Shown here one piece after another: positions 10,228 to 24,379 of a stretch of 64,000 nucleotides of DNA. Position 1 is the first letter of the stretch, and each line of letters starts with the position of its first letter. The position numbers were made by a program, and so were the translations under genes. Source of the stretch: Zygnema circumcarinatum SAG 698-1b (lineage: Eukaryota; Plantae; Zygnematophyceae); assembly GCA_037447605.1 (NCBI GenBank), contig CM074804.1, forward strand, positions 3,883,909 through 3,947,908, in the 5' to 3' direction. Under the pieces are notes generated by a model. The model searched no databases. It saw only the letters and a program-made list of their open reading frames with translations, and was not told the origin of the DNA.

Positions 10228-13027
10228 GGGAGGGGGAGGGGGAGGGGGAGAGGGAGGGGGAGGAGGAGGGGGCTCTCTCTCCTCTTCTCTCTCCTCTGCT
10301 CTCTCCTCTAGTCTCTCTCTCCTCTGCTCTCTCTCTCTCCTCTGCTCTCTCCTCTAGTCTCTCTCTCCTCTGCTCGTTCTCTCTCTCCTCTACTCTTCAA
10401 GAGAGAGAGCGAGAGAGAGAGAAAGAGAGAGAGAGAGTCCTCTCTTCTCTGCTCTGCTCTCTCTTTGCGAATGTCTTTACGGACGTTGCGCTGATGTGTG
10501 AGAAGGAGAAAACAAGTGGGGAATGTCCAAAGTAGGGGGCGGGATATCCCAACATGGGAGGGGACGGAATAGCCAAAATAGGAGAGTGGGATTTCAAAAA
10601 ACAGGGGCGGGATAACCAAAAAAAAAGGGGGGGGGGGTATCGTTCTCCCATTTCGAGTTTCATTTTCTGGATTTGAGGGACTTTTTTGCTTTGTACCTTT
10701 TTGCACTTTTCTTGTACTGTTTTGTACTTGTGTTGTACTATACTTGTAATTTTTTGGAGCTTTGTTTGTACTTTGCAGTGAATGTATGTCTCATAGTAGC
10801 ATTCAAATGTCATTTCTCATCTGCAAAGCTCAGAGAACAAAAAAGGTCGAGAAAGCGAGCCATCCATACTTAGACGATCATGGCACGGCCTTGTGGCAAA
10901 CTCAATGCCGCAGTTGTTCTCACATTATGGCTGACATGCCTAACGGCGCACGAAGCATGAGAGTTCGCCTCCTCCTTCCCCCCATGCTGCGACTCACAAC
11001 AAACTACGGCTTCCACAGCCGCAAGCCGAGCAAGGCCCACCCACTGCTCCAGGAACTGAACAAATGAAAATGCAACCCTCATGTCTCCAAAGGCAAATAG
11101 CAGACCGAGAGACCGTATTTCGTTTAAAAAAAAAAAAAGAAGAAAAAAAAAGCCGTACGTCTGGAACCGCCATCCGTACGCCTTACAATAGGGACTTTTC
11201 TGAGTTTTCAGAATTTCCACTTTGACAACGCCTGCCCGGGGGACCGGGGCTGCTTTGTACGGACATCGCGTCCGTACATGCCGCCCGGGCGCGGCCCAAA
11301 GCGACCGAGCCAAGCGGGCGGCGCGCCAGCTGGCGCTCGCACTTGCGGTCGCTGTCTGCACGCGCGCCGTACGCATGCTTGCAGGGGTGAGGGCCATTCG
11401 CGCGGCGACGCGTGGTAGAGACGGCGCGGCGCGGCGTTTCTGGGAGCCGGAGAAACCGCGCGGTTTTGGCGCGACGCGGTCCTTGTGCGTCTGCTGACTG
11501 TACGGTACGTCCTGAACCTCCAATGGCCAGCAGCCACGTATAATTTTAATAATAAATAATAATTGTACACGTGGCGAATGGCATTGGGATATGCTCGGCG
11601 AGAGCCGCGAGGGCCTTCGCTCNNNNNNNNNNGGGAGGGGGAGGGGGAGGGGGAGAGGGAGGGGGAGGAGGAGGGGGCTCTCTCTCCTCTTCTCTCTCCT
11701 CTGCTCTCTCCTCTAGTCTCTCTCTCCTCTGCTCTCTCTCTCTCCTCTGCTCTCTCCTCTAGTCTCTCTCTCCTCTGCTCGTTCTCTCTCTCCTCTACTC
11801 TTCAAGAGAGAGAGCGAGAGAGAGAGAAAGAGAGAGAGAGAGTCCTCTCTTCTCTGCTCTGCTCTCTCTTTGCGAATGTCTTTACGGACGTTGCGCTGAT
11901 GTGTGAGAAGGAGAAAACAAGTGGGGAATGTCCAAAGTAGGGGGCGGGATATCCCAACATGGGAGGGGACGGAATAGCCAAAATAGGAGAGTGGGATTTC
12001 AAAAAACAGGGGCGGGATAACCAAAAAAAAAGGGGGGGGGGGTATCGTTCTCCCATTTCGAGTTTCATTTTCTGGATTTGAGGGACTTTTTTGCTTTGTA
12101 CCTTTTTGCACTTTTCTTGTACTGTTTTGTACTTGTGTTGTACTATACTTGTAATTTTTTGGAGCTTTGTTTGTACTTTGCAGTGAATGTATGTCTCATA
12201 GTAGCATTCAAATGTCATTTCTCATCTGCAAAGCTCAGAGAACAAAAAAGGTCGAGAAAGCGAGCCATCCATACTTAGACGATCATGGCACGGCCTTGTG
12301 GCAAACTCAATGCCGCAGTTGTTCTCACATTATGGCTGACATGCCTAACGGCGCACGAAGCATGAGAGTTCGCCTCCTCCTTCCCCCCATGCTGCGACTC
12401 ACAACAAACTACGGCTTCCACAGCCGCAAGCCGAGCAAGGCCCACCCACTGCTCCAGGAACTGAACAAATGAAAATGCAACCCTCATGTCTCCAAAGGCA
12501 AATAGCAGACCGAGAGACCGTATTTCGTTTAAAAAAAAAAAAAGAAGAAAAAAAAAGCCGTACGTCTGGAACCGCCATCCGTACGCCTTACAATAGGGAC
12601 TTTTCTGAGTTTTCAGAATTTCCACTTTGACAACGCCTGCCCGGGGGACCGGGGCTGCTTTGTACGGACATCGCGTCCGTACATGCCGCCCGGGCGCGGC
12701 CCAAAGCGACCGAGCCAAGCGGGCGGCGCGCCAGCTGGCGCTCGCACTTGCGGTCGCTGTCTGCACGCGCGCCGTACGCATGCTTGCAGGGGTGAGGGCC
12801 ATTCGCGCGGCGACGCGTGGTAGAGACGGCGCGGCGCGGCGTTTCTGGGAGCCGGAGAAACCGCGCGGTTTTGGCGCGACGCGGTCCTTGTGCGTCTGCT
12901 GACTGTACGGTACGTCCTGAACCTCCAATGGCCAGCAGCCACGTATAATTTTAATAATAAATAATAATTGTACACGTGGCGAATGGCATTGGGATATGCT
13001 CGGCGAGAGCCGCGAGGGCCTTCGCTC
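10228..13027. repeat. Direct duplication of a 1395-bp segment across a 10-N gap (CT-rich tract plus CLB1 promoter)
   Basis: 10228-11622 matches 11633-13027 (offset 1405); gap 11623-11632. Only the second copy continues into CLB1. Confidence 0.9.
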
Positions 13028-13129
13028 TCTCCCTCCCTCCCTCTCCCTCCCTTCCCCTCCCTCCCCCTCCCTCTCTCTTCCTGCCCGACTGCCTGCAACG
13101 GCGGAGGGCGGAAGGCTGTGCCGGCGGCC

Positions 13130-16100
13130 ATGGCGTTCCTGATGTGGGCGGCGGTGGGCGCGGTGCTGGGCGTGTCCCTCTGCCTGGCGCTGCGCCTCTG
13201 CATGGCGCGCCGCAGCGCGCAGCGCCGCACTCTGGTGAGGGAGCCCGCCCCCTTGTCCCTCCCGCTTGCCCGCTTGGAGGGCGCCGCCTCTGCGCTCTCT
13301 GGCTCACGTACCCGCGTCCCGGCGGCCGCGGGGGGCTGCAGGCGGTGGACGTGGCGCGGCTGGCGCAGCTGAAGCTGGATGACGTGGAGCTCGTCTGCGG
13401 CTCCGAGATGCCAAGCTGGATCTCCTTCCCCGAGTTTGAGCGGGTCAGCTCTTAGTCCTCTCTCCCTCTCTCTCTCGCTTCCTCCTCTTGGATCATCTGC
13501 TGCATGGCGCTGCATTGTAGCGCCATGTCCGGGCCAGGAGGGTGGTGACGGTGGGCTGAGAGGGCGCAGACGCGGTGGATAAATATGCAACTTAAGGAGA
13601 TCTGGCCATTTGTTAACAAGGTATGCAGGGCTACGCTGCTCCTTCGCAGGCTGGCACGAGGAAGGAGGGAGAGAGGCAGAATGTGAGGTAGGGAGAAGTG
13701 TGAGAGGAAACTAGGGAAAGTGAGAGTGGATTCCGTTTAGTCTTTTATTCACAATGCCAACATTACGTGCATGGTCGTAAGTGTTCAAAGCAGCATTTCC
13801 GTGGGGGGCGGCTTCCAGGCAGCTTCCATGGTGATCAGGGAGAGCGTGGAGCCTGTGCTAGAGCAGTACCGACCTTTGGGAATATCCGCAATTAAGTTTT
13901 CCAAACTCACTCTCGGCGACATCTCACCGCAGATTGGCGGTGAGCTCTATTCTCAACCAGGAGACATGAACCGCAGAATCAACAAAAGGCCTCATTCTCC
14001 TTGCTAGATTCGGCCTATAAACCTTCTCATTTGCTGTCCATTTCTGCAGCATTTCAGCAATGGGGTCAACAGAACGGATGTTTGAGAAGAGAGTGACATG
14101 TGTGGAGGAGAGTTGGGCAGGAATAAAAATAAGCAAAGAGAAGGCTTCGCAGCTGGTGCTGGAGGTGCAGCTGAAGTGGGGAGGGGAGCCTAAAATCGTC
14201 CTTGGAGTGTGGCCGGCTCTGTCTCCCGCTGCTCTCACGATTCAGGTGGGAGCCTTCCCTCTACCTCTCTCGTCTTTGAACTGAACGACAGGTCGTCAAG
14301 CGGGTCTTTCTCATCTCACCGCGCTATGCAGGAGGACCAACAGAATACGAGTGAGAATGGCTGGCAGAATTAGGGCGTGTGTGTTGTGAACCAAGGAAAA
14401 GGAACAGAGCCAGGTATCCCCGTGGCCTTGGTGGCCCAGCGAAAAGAAATCGTAAAAGTTTAAGTGAAAGTAAGATAAGGTGAGTCAAGAGGGCTTTCTA
14501 TGAATCCCGCCCTGTCAGCGACTCGCTGATGGTGAGGACGCCGGCGAGCGGGGGGCTGGGGGGCAGGGCTGCAGCTCGCGGACTTACAAGTTTTTGCGAC
14601 AGCCCGCATTGTTCTGGAAATGACCGGAAAAATTCCTTGTGTTGCAGCACTGGTGGCAGCGCTGCTTGCAGAGGTTTGCTCGGAGCTCTCTCGCATTCAG
14701 TTTGAACGTGTCTCAAACAAATGTCAGTGCAGTTCATCAACTTCGATGAGAGGGGCGGCCGTTCTTGCTAACAAGTGGCGTTCTTTTGCAGCCGAAGCCA
14801 AAAATCAGCTATAAGCTGAAGCTGCTGGGAGGGAGCTTGGCGGCTATTCCGGGTCTCACGAGCTTGATCGAAGTGTGTTTTTTCTCTTTCTCTATTGTTC
14901 AATCTGTTTCTCAAGTTTTGCTTTCTTGAAGGGCTATACAAACCTTGCTCCAACAAAAGTTGAGTCCCAAGTTTGCATCTGTTGAAATGAACGCGGTGTG
15001 AGTTAGAAGGGAGGTAATACGCACCGCTTGTCGGGAAACGTGAAATCTCATTTGCGGATGGACACTCTGCTGATGTGATGCAGGAATTGGTGGAAAGTTC
15101 TGTTAACGATACAGTGGTGTGGCCGAAGCGTATTGTGGTGCCCATAGTGCCTGGCTATCCCACAGAGTACTGCTCCTCCACTTTACCTCACTGCTGCTTC
15201 ATTGCTGTGGAAAAAAAAGTGTTTCTTCAGCTCTTGCTAACAGTGGAAGTTGGGAGGAGGGTTCAGACATTTGGAGCTTCGCATTGAGGGCGCGCTCACC
15301 GTTGAGGTCGTGTGCGCGAATAAACTGAAAAATTCGGACATTATTGGAAAGTCTGACCCCTATGTGACGCTCTGGACTCGGCCACTGTTCCGACAAAAAA
15401 CTTCAGTTGTTGACAACGATCTCAACCCTGTGTGGAATGAAACGTTTGTGCTACAAGTGGAGGAGTTTTACAGCGCAGTGCTGGCAATCAAGGTAGGTTT
15501 TGAACCGCCAAGGCTGGGTGGGGGTTTTGCAGAGGAGAAAGGTAATGAATGGGCTGTTGAACATGCGGGTTTTGACAATTTGCGTATGGCAAGGGTTCGT
15601 AATGCGGGCGGAGTGTGGGACTCTTGCAGGTGCAGGACGAGAATAATCTGATGGACGTACTTTTAGGGTACGCGGAGTATACCTTGGACGAGTTGCCGGT
15701 CGACACAGTTGTGGAAAAAACCCTTTGGCTTCGCCCAGGCGTTCATGACGAGGATCATCCTCGGAACAGAGATATCGGCTGCGGCAGTATCACTCTCAAG
15801 GTATGCATGCTTGCATCAGCACATGCGAACCCCCACATGAAACACCTTCCCCAAACCCTAATTTATGCAGCCAACCTCCTCCTGACCCTACAACCCCCTC
15901 AACCCCTACCTCAAATCGCAAAACTCCTTACCCTCCCTCCTCCTCCCCCTCCAGATGAAGTACCACCCGTACACCCCCGAGGAGCAGGTGGCCGCCATGG
16001 CTGCGGATAAGCTCACACGGAAGGCACGCGAAGACGCGGGCGTGCTGGGCTCCGCTACGGCCACAGCCTCCGCCGTGGTGTCCTTTGGCGCGCGCGGTGT

Positions 16101-16398
16101 GGGCACAGCCGTCGGCGGTGTGGGCACAGTCGTGGGCGGCGTGGGCAGCGGCGTGGGCAGCGCCGCCAAGCTCGGCCTCGGCGGCCTCTCCTCGGTCGTC
16201 CGCTTCGGCGCGGCGGCCGCGAGGGGCCGCTCCGCGCCCCGCAAAGTGGCGGTATCACCGTCCGCGGCCGCGTCCCCCGCAGCGACCCCGCGGACCCTCG
16301 TGTCCCCCTCAGCAACTCCGCGGGCCCTCACCTCGTCGGGCACTCTCTCGGCCACCGCCTCGCCGCGCGCGGCAGCCATTGCTTCTCGCCACTCATAG
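13130..16398 (+). CDS. CLB1: Synaptotagmin-family calcium-dependent lipid-binding protein (TM-SMP-single C2-Gly-rich tail), CLB1/SYT7-like
   Basis: About 11 GT-AG exons: TM MAFLMWAAVGAVLGVSLCLA; SMP segments PSWISFPEFER, WINMQLKEIWPFVNK, KFSKLTLGDISPQIGG, WPKRIVVPI; C2 GALTVEVVCANKLKNSDIIGKSDPYV...LNPVWNETF; tail EEQVAAM...GVGTAVGGVGTVVGGVGSGVG; stop TAG at 16396-16398. Confidence 0.9.
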
Positions 16399-17246
16399 AA
16401 GGAGGGAGGGAGAGAGGAAGGGGGTTGAGGGGAGGGGAGGGGTTAGTTGGTTGGTGTTCGTTCAGTGGGGACTTGCATGGTGTGAGGGGGCTGCAGTTGG
16501 ACGTGCATCCGTGGGGAGAAGGGAGGAGGAGAGGGGGAGTTAGGGGGGATGGCAGGGGGCACTCATTTGTTGGGTGCATTGGTATTGTTTCGCTGAGTAT
16601 CTTAGTTTACGTTAAAAACGCGATCCCTTGTAGGAGTTGAGTTGGAATAGAGGATGGCGGCATAGTCGACTCTGGGAATGTGCTTTAGAGGGGAGCGTGG
16701 TATGGGCTGCTATCCTTGGTACCCTAATTGAATTAGATAGCTTTATTTCTTGGAAAACTTTTGGCCGCCGTGATTGCAAAGACAAAGCCGATATGCACGA
16801 GTTTCATGATTGTTTTCCCTTTTTTTTTTCGCACATCAATTCATTCATCCTTTTGAAAATCTCAAAGGAAGTCCAATGAATCAGTATATTTGCCTAGGAT
16901 TTTACAGGGCAATGGAACCGACAACCAATATGAAGCTTTCCTAAGGACCAGGTCACGCCAAATCAGTTGTAAATTGATCCTCAACAAAAGAATCCTGCTT
17001 TCACAATTCTCAACCTACCACATGATTCAATCGTCAATGAGCATGTGCGCCTGTCAATCGCACGCCCCTCGTGTTCCTACTGTAAAGTGACCTACGATAA
17101 AAGTACAAACCTAGCCAAAACAGTGAAACGAACGCCCTTACGACTGCCTTAATAGACATGACATTCAGCCCAAAAAAGCACCTACAAATCACCAACGATC
17201 GGCCTACAGCCCTTTACAGGGTTGCAGATGGAACCCTAACCCTCAA

Positions 17247-20200
17247 CTAAGCGTTGAACAGCTTCCGCAGCGTCATGTCCTTCTTGGCCGCCCCTTCCTT
17301 GGCCGACTCCGCGAGGGCGAAGATGCGTTTGAGCGCCCCCGTGCCGGACACCGCCGCCGCCGCAGCCGCCGACTGCGCCATCGCGCCCCTCCCCAGAGCG
17401 GCGGCGCGGGCCATCATGGCCTCGCGGCTCGCGGCGGAGGCGAGCATGCCGGCGGCCGCCCCTCCTGCAGACTGCGGCAGGGAGCCCGCAGGAGAGGAGG
17501 AGGATGCTGCGGCTGCTGCTGCTTGGATCGCAGGAGCAGGAGCAGGGGCAGGAGAGCCCCCCCCCGAGGGGGACGCCATGGCAGGGCCACGGCGGTTGAG
17601 GTGATCGACCAGGGGCTGCTGCTCTGGTTTCTTCACACCCTGCACATTAGCAGGAGAGGATTGTCTCAGGTATAGCTCTAATACAGGCAAGTGAGGAAAC
17701 GTGACAAGTTTGACAGAATTGCAGTGAGATATTCGTTGGGAGTTGACGAGCCAAAGGGAGGGGATCCCTGACTCGCTTATGGCTGGGTACAGTTGAGGAT
17801 TTCAGGGAGGGCTGCCTGCTCGCAGCAGCCGGCAGCAACAAGATGGCAGAAGCCACAGACTGAAATGGGCATGCAGTGAGGAGAAAGGTGCACCTTGAGA
17901 TCTAAAATTCGTTGGAAATCGGCCACACTGCCTTCTGGTAGGAGCGCGCGATATGTGTCGGCTATGGCTTCCACAGGTGACAACATTACCTGCACACTCA
18001 ATTGATGGATTGAAAGGAGGCGTGATTAGAAGCAGACTAAAAGTAGCTGAAAGCTGCAATCCGAAGGCCACTCTATAAAAAATGAAGGAGACAAACCTTC
18101 AGCAGCGCCTCTGCTTTACCCATTTCGCGTGCGACGTATTTGCTGTAAGCAGCAGGCACAGGCTGCAGCAAAGCAGGCCATGAAGGGAAAGCCGCCTAAC
18201 CAGGTCAGGGCCTTGAAATATTCTCCAGTTACTCACGTTCAATGGATCAATAGCAAATCAAGTTTTACAAGCCGAAAGTGGCATATTCACTGGACGCAAA
18301 GAAGCTGCGAATCTCAATTCATTCAGCACCACTAACCAGCTTCTATATCTCTCGCAAATCTAACGCCCCAAATACTCATGATTCCGTTCCAATTGGCAAA
18401 AAATTTATTTCTGACCTGACCACCGAGAGATGGTATTTCCAGCAGGAGGGTCTTCACAGCGTGTGTATCGAGTAGCATCTGCATGCCGCCTTTCCTCCCA
18501 TAAGGACCCTGCTAGCAGTGATGTGCCTGAAACTTTAACTTGCCTATTCAAGTCACAGACTTCTCGCTGTAACGGAACCTCACCTGCTGTGCCCCTGTCC
18601 CTGATATGCGTTTGCATCTGAAGATGTTTGCATGGAAGCGTGGAGCAAACGATGCAGCCAACTGCAAATCGCCAGATGGATAATAATTCGGCGATGAACA
18701 AACAATGTTAGAGCTTCAAACAAAATGCCACGAGACTTCTGGGAAAACAAGCAAGCCTTTCAAAGCTTCAAAAAGCAGGTTCCAAGGGTCATTTTAGTCC
18801 AGGGTAAAATGTCAGTAAAGTAAACCTGACTCTGACTGACACTTTGGTATTGCATATTAAAAAATAAAAAGGGGGGGAGGGAACGAGCACAACGGTGAAT
18901 GTAAAACAAGCGGCCTTGAAAGCTTATCAGCTACCCTTCTCAGCAGCAGCTGTGGGCTTGCCACTTCTTTGTGGCAATTCCACCTTGCTTTAAGCTCACC
19001 TTGTCCATGAAGAACTGGAAGTACAACGGAGAGAGCAGGGAGGCCACTGTTGGCACACTGCTCGACAGCACCGTGCTTATGTTGGTCACATACCTGCAAA
19101 GCAAGTAGCTCCATCTCAGACAACTGACAAAACCAAAGACAGGTCCCACTTTTCTCTTGAGACTTCACTCAGAATTCTGTACACTGAGCCAGCTCAAGCT
19201 GCTATTGCCAGGCAACCATACAGCCCAGGTAGAGAGTACAGTCAAATCACTGCCCACACGCTGCGGGTCTCAAGTGAACAGAACGCACTCTGACTGGTCT
19301 CCCACACTCTCCATTGTCGCCCACAACATGCGGGTCATGCCTGCAAGCTCAACGTCCAGCTTCGTCTCCATACCCAGAACAAGCACTGACAAGGCACGAG
19401 TAATCACTCCTGAAAACTCATCCTGCATTCCGTCCCACCCGTTGCCAGCTGAGAATTCCTTTCATGCTATCATGAGTTGTGGGAGTGACAGTTGACTGAT
19501 GATTGTTGTGATTGCATTTAACGGCTACCACGCAATGGCTGACAATTGTGCACTCTCCCACACCTCTGCTTGAGAGCCAATCAAGCTTTCCAGCCAGCAG
19601 AGAAAAAGATGATGAGAAGAGGTCCTTCATCACCTGCTCCTCAGTCATATCCACGCTGTCTGCAAATTGCGGATTTATTCTGCTTTGTATACTCTCAGCG
19701 AGCTGTGCTGCCTGCACCCCCTCAATCAGTTCCCTAGACAATAATAAGTCCGTGCAGCAGGTTCAGTTGCCCGGGCTATCTCCAATGAGGAGACTCACAC
19801 AGAGGGAGATGTTGGGCCAGATCTCACCGTTTCGTGACAGTACTCCGCTGTATTCACGATGCAGCACACCACACGCTCATCCTTCTCCGTCGTCTGCCAT
19901 CCCCAACAGCAGTAAGGACGTAGGTTGCAAGGACTTAAGAGCAAACTGAAGTGGGGAGACTTTCAACCACAACTTGCCATTTGATGCAGGTTAGCTTTCA
20001 ATCGCTACACTTAACAGATCTCGGTAACAGCCCGGCCTATCATAGCCGAGCAGGTGTAGAGCAGCTTGCCCGAGCTCACCTTCACTTGCCACTCATTTCC
20101 AGTGGCTGCCGCCACCAGGCCCTGTCCGGGCTTTGGCAGTCTCGCACTAAGTTTGTTTGCATAAGATCGCAGCACTTGTTGGAAAACCTGCATAGATAAA

Positions 20201-23200
20201 CATAGCCCCATGCGACGATAAAAACCCAAAGCTTGGAATCGTACGGAGAGGACCTTTGATTTGCAGAAGGTAGACGAAAGGCAATCTGATGCTCATTAAA
20301 GCACGGGAGTTAAGAAAGGTACCTTATAGAGGTTGAAAAGTGTTTGGTTACGAGAAAGCTGACTGCAGCGGTTGAAACTCTTTCGGATTCGCAAAAACAT
20401 CTGCAATGCAACGACGCGTCATATTCAAGTTAGCGCAATGCAGGGATGGAATACGAGAACTTCCATGAGGACAGTCCGCATTTGTGGGTCGTTACCTGCG
20501 TGCTGCTGCTTAGAATGTTGGTTTGACTGCCCTCCTCCACTTCCCAGCTCTCCTCCTGCCAGCACTCACTCCAACAATTTCCAACCCTCAGAAATGTCCA
20601 ACAATTAACTTTGCAGCTGACATCACATCAAAAGCAGCTTCGAATGTTGAGACGCCCACCAGAACAAGCTTGTCAACCGCATCTATGAGGGTCCTTTCTT
20701 CAAGGTTCACATACACCCCGAGGTGCGGCTCAAAGCAAGAAGAGATGGTTCCTTTGAAACTGAAGGACGCCTGTGCCTGCTTGAACAAATATACCAATAG
20801 CGTCAGCTGGCTACCTTCACATGTTCTAGAACGAATATTGGTAAAGGCGACGAAAAAATCCGCAGTGGACGTTCAGACCTTGCAAGAAGCTAAGCAAACC
20901 GACGCGTGGCACCCTGAAAAGCAGGACAGATACTTTTGAGATTTTCAGAACAAGAAGGAATATGTGATATGGAGACACATCTTTCTAAATATATGTACAA
21001 GAAGCAACATATGTTGCAGCTACCGAAAAGCAGTACAACAGTAAAACAGTACATACCGATGCAGAGAGTGCACTTTTGCTGTCATCGTCTCCTTCGCCGT
21101 CCTGAACCAATACCAGTATCTTAAATTCAGCAGTTGCAGCAAGATGCGACTCTACAGCTCCACCAAGGTAACTCACGTCTCACATACTGAGACTACAAGG
21201 AAAGGACAGGCTGCAGAGCATAGAAAGAGAAACCACACTTACTTTCGGAGGACGTTGTTTCAAATATTTAGCTCGCACAGCCTTCGCCTCTGCGCGCTCA
21301 TCGTCACCCTCCTGATTTCCCTCCAGCGAAACCTCCTGTCCCGAGTCCTTCGGACCTCCAAAGCGCTCTTCCAGATCATCTTCAAACTCAAGCGTGCGTT
21401 CAAGGGCCTGAAAACATAGTCGTAGGAGAACTATGAGAACATGCATAGTTCAACTCCTGTTCACCTCCAGAGAGAGGGAGTACTGTTCAGAAGGAAATAT
21501 CCAGAGCAACAACAGCGTGAACCAACCTGCAGCAGTATTGCCACGTCAGGCTTCTCCTTTGCTCCATCCAAAATCTCCGCCAGCTGTGCTCTGCATGTGA
21601 CATTCAAGCCGTTAGAATGGCTCTCATCTGACGTAAAACTGTTGAATACATGCAAACCTCTCTACGGAGGCAGAGTTTCCCTTCGATCCACTTTTGAAAC
21701 CCTGCTGCTGCAATTTCTTTTTTGGAAAAGCCTAAGATTCAGAAAGGAAACAGTGTCGATGTATCCAAAACTCAAGTTGGCGGGAGCTGCCTTTGTTCAC
21801 TTCTCACTTTTTAATCATCAATAACGAGCATCTGCCTTGGTCATGGTATATTATTGAACACCTTGAACATAGGCTCAACTTTCAACTGTGTTATAAGTGA
21901 TCTGAAAAGCTTTGCTCTTTGGCAACAAGACTCTTTTTACGGGAAAAAGTAGTGAAAGCACAAAAAGTAAATGGTGAGATTGATACGGCTACTCACTTGG
22001 TGATTCTGCAGAACTGCATGCAGAGGAGATACGGCACCCTCCAGCTGCTTGGAAACAAGCGCCAAACCTCTTCATTCACTTTAAGCTGCCGCTTGATCCA
22101 CGCATAACGCCGTTCCGCTTTCTCCAACTTTGCAACCTCTGTAGCATCAGCAATTCTGAAATTCAGTACGACAAGAGTGGCCTTGTCTTCAAACTCAAAA
22201 TTCATTCTGCCATCTGAGGACAACGCTCCTCAAATACAATAAGATAGAGCGTACCAGTTCCCTGAAATATTTGTTGATATGCTGCAAGCTCGCGACTACA
22301 GACATTTCGTAAGAGCTCTTCTCGCACAGGTGGTTCGAGAGCCTCCACTACAAGGCAGGCATCAGCCAACTGCTGCATGAGCTGTCCGTTGTCCTTCAGA
22401 CCCGCCGTCCCTAAGCTGCAAACGAATACTAAGACGCCTGAGCATGCGGTAACATTGTCCGGTTGAAAAATACACGAGCTGCTAAAAAACCACTTTCTAT
22501 GCTTGTTCAATTCCATCAGGGTGCACGTGAATCACCTAGTCCACAACAAAACTATGAAACATATTTATAGGCGCTCCTAGACATCTCAGTGGAATGCAAA
22601 CCTTGAGAAGTCGGAGAAGATGTGTGATCTCAAAGTTGCTTTAATATTGTGAAACTTGTCTCGGAGTTCACTGATCTTAGGGATGTCACTGTAGGCTTCA
22701 AAGTGGCCACACAGCTGTGTAACAGCCTGCAATGACCCACATTAAACATTGAGCTCAATGTCAGGGAATGAACTCTCAGAATGCTTTGAACGACAACAAA
22801 ATAGCTTCACAGCCAGTGCTTACCTCTAACTGTCCTGCAGCATCTCGATACTGCCGATCAGCAGCGAGCTTCTGCAGTCGTTCTACTGCCAAAACTGCTC
22901 CCTTGCAATCCACATGCAAGGCAGATTCGATTAATATTTTCAGCGAGACAAAGCCCTAGCAGAATTGACGATTGCTGTCAATAGAAACACTAGTTATCGA
23001 CAAAGGAGTTGGCGTGATGTTTACTTACCCAGCATAGCAAGGCGATTCAGGGCGGTAATAGTGGTAGTAATGTGCTTCTTTGCAAAGTCCAGCTTTTTGA
23101 TATCCCGACAAATTTCTTGAACCATAACTTCACTCTGCTCTGCCTTAGATTTGATTTCGTAAATTTTGGAAGAAAGTTCCTGCATAAAGCCTCCATATTC

Positions 23201-23976
23201 GAATAGCAGGTTTTCACATGAACCTTTTAAGGCGCGCCTCATCGCATTATTCCTTGCAACAGCAATTCGTAGAGTAAACCTACATCACATGGAGGGGACA
23301 AGCCCTCGCTCACCTCAATTGCATTCATAGCTGCTGATAAGTCCTCCTTTGCCTTTGAACCAGATGAACTCTGCAAGGATCAGGACCCCGTCTCATACTC
23401 GGAACTTCAGCAAGCTAAAGGGAAGCAGTTCCGACATTGATGGCCTTCATTGCCTATCAATAACCCTATAAAGACGCAAGGAATATGACAAGCTATGGAT
23501 GACTTACTTGCTGCCGCACTGCATAGAGTATCTCAGCGTCAACTCGCCGTATCCTGTTACGAAGCTTCTGAATAAGGGGGTCTACACTCACGAGTGATGC
23601 CTCTGCATCCATTCCCGCACATTGCAATGCAGCCTAAACACTCCGTTCACCAAACGTGTTTCTGCAAGTCCCTGATATTCTATCGCGCGGATCAAAAAAC
23701 CTACATTGAAACTTTTTGTATGATGCTGCCTTCGTACTGTCCTCAGGGGAAGAATTTATTCCAGCTTGCCGCTGCAGATTAAAAAAAAGAAATTGGAAAG
23801 TATTGTGAACCTGTTGGAAAGATCTGGTTGATGAATTCCACAGTTTTGAAGTTGGTTTGGTTCAACGGAGAAGCCATGGCCTGCTCTTCCGCCATAGCAG
23901 GTTGTGTATTGTCGGCTCCACTGCCCGCCCCCTCCCCCGTTGCTGCGTTACCGGAAGAGGCCGCAATCACTGCCAT
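17247..23976 (-). CDS. VPS53: GARP/EARP complex subunit VPS53 (HIT1-like), multi-exon
   Basis: Exons encode [175 protein letters not shown]-terminus [12 protein letters not shown]. Confidence 0.93.
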
Positions 23977-24039
23977 GGCCGCGATGCTTTGCGGATCTGT
24001 GAAAGGAGAAACCTGCCCTCCCCCTCGCGCTACCTGCCC

Positions 24040-24215
24040 GTCTACTCTCCTCCCTCCTCCCTCACCCTCCCCTCGCCCGCGGTCACCCTCCCTTTTCCCC
24101 TCCTCCCCTTTTCCTTCTCGCTCTATTCTTCCCCCCCTCCCTTCCTTCCCTCCTCCTTTCCCTCCTCCCTTCCTTCCCTCCCTCCCGCCCTCCCTCCTTC
24201 CTTCCGCCCCGCGCC
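24040..24215. repeat. CT-rich (CCCT/CCTT)n low-complexity tract upstream of the VPS53 ATG
   Basis: Runs of ccct/cctt units. Confidence 0.8.
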
Positions 24216-24379
24216 CCCCGAGCGCCACGTGGGATCCTGCAAGTCGTGCACGTGGCAGCCCCAACCAGCTCCCCCTGCCAGCGTGGCGCTGCCCGGAAGC
24301 GGCGCTCCTTTCCGTACGCCCTCCGCCCGCCGCTCCATGTCGTGACGACAACGCAACGCCGCGTCATAGAACTCCATTC

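Noticed and set aside
10870-11067. Small ORFs in the duplicated segment as downstream G-patch exons or a separate gene
   Set aside because: No expected G-patch continuation (GxxxP...xRxGLG) was found; only one isolated donor-like site on the minus strand.
10228-13027. A biological tandem duplication of the CLB1 promoter
   Set aside because: The copies appear identical and abut a 10-N gap, typical of overlapping contig ends that were not merged.
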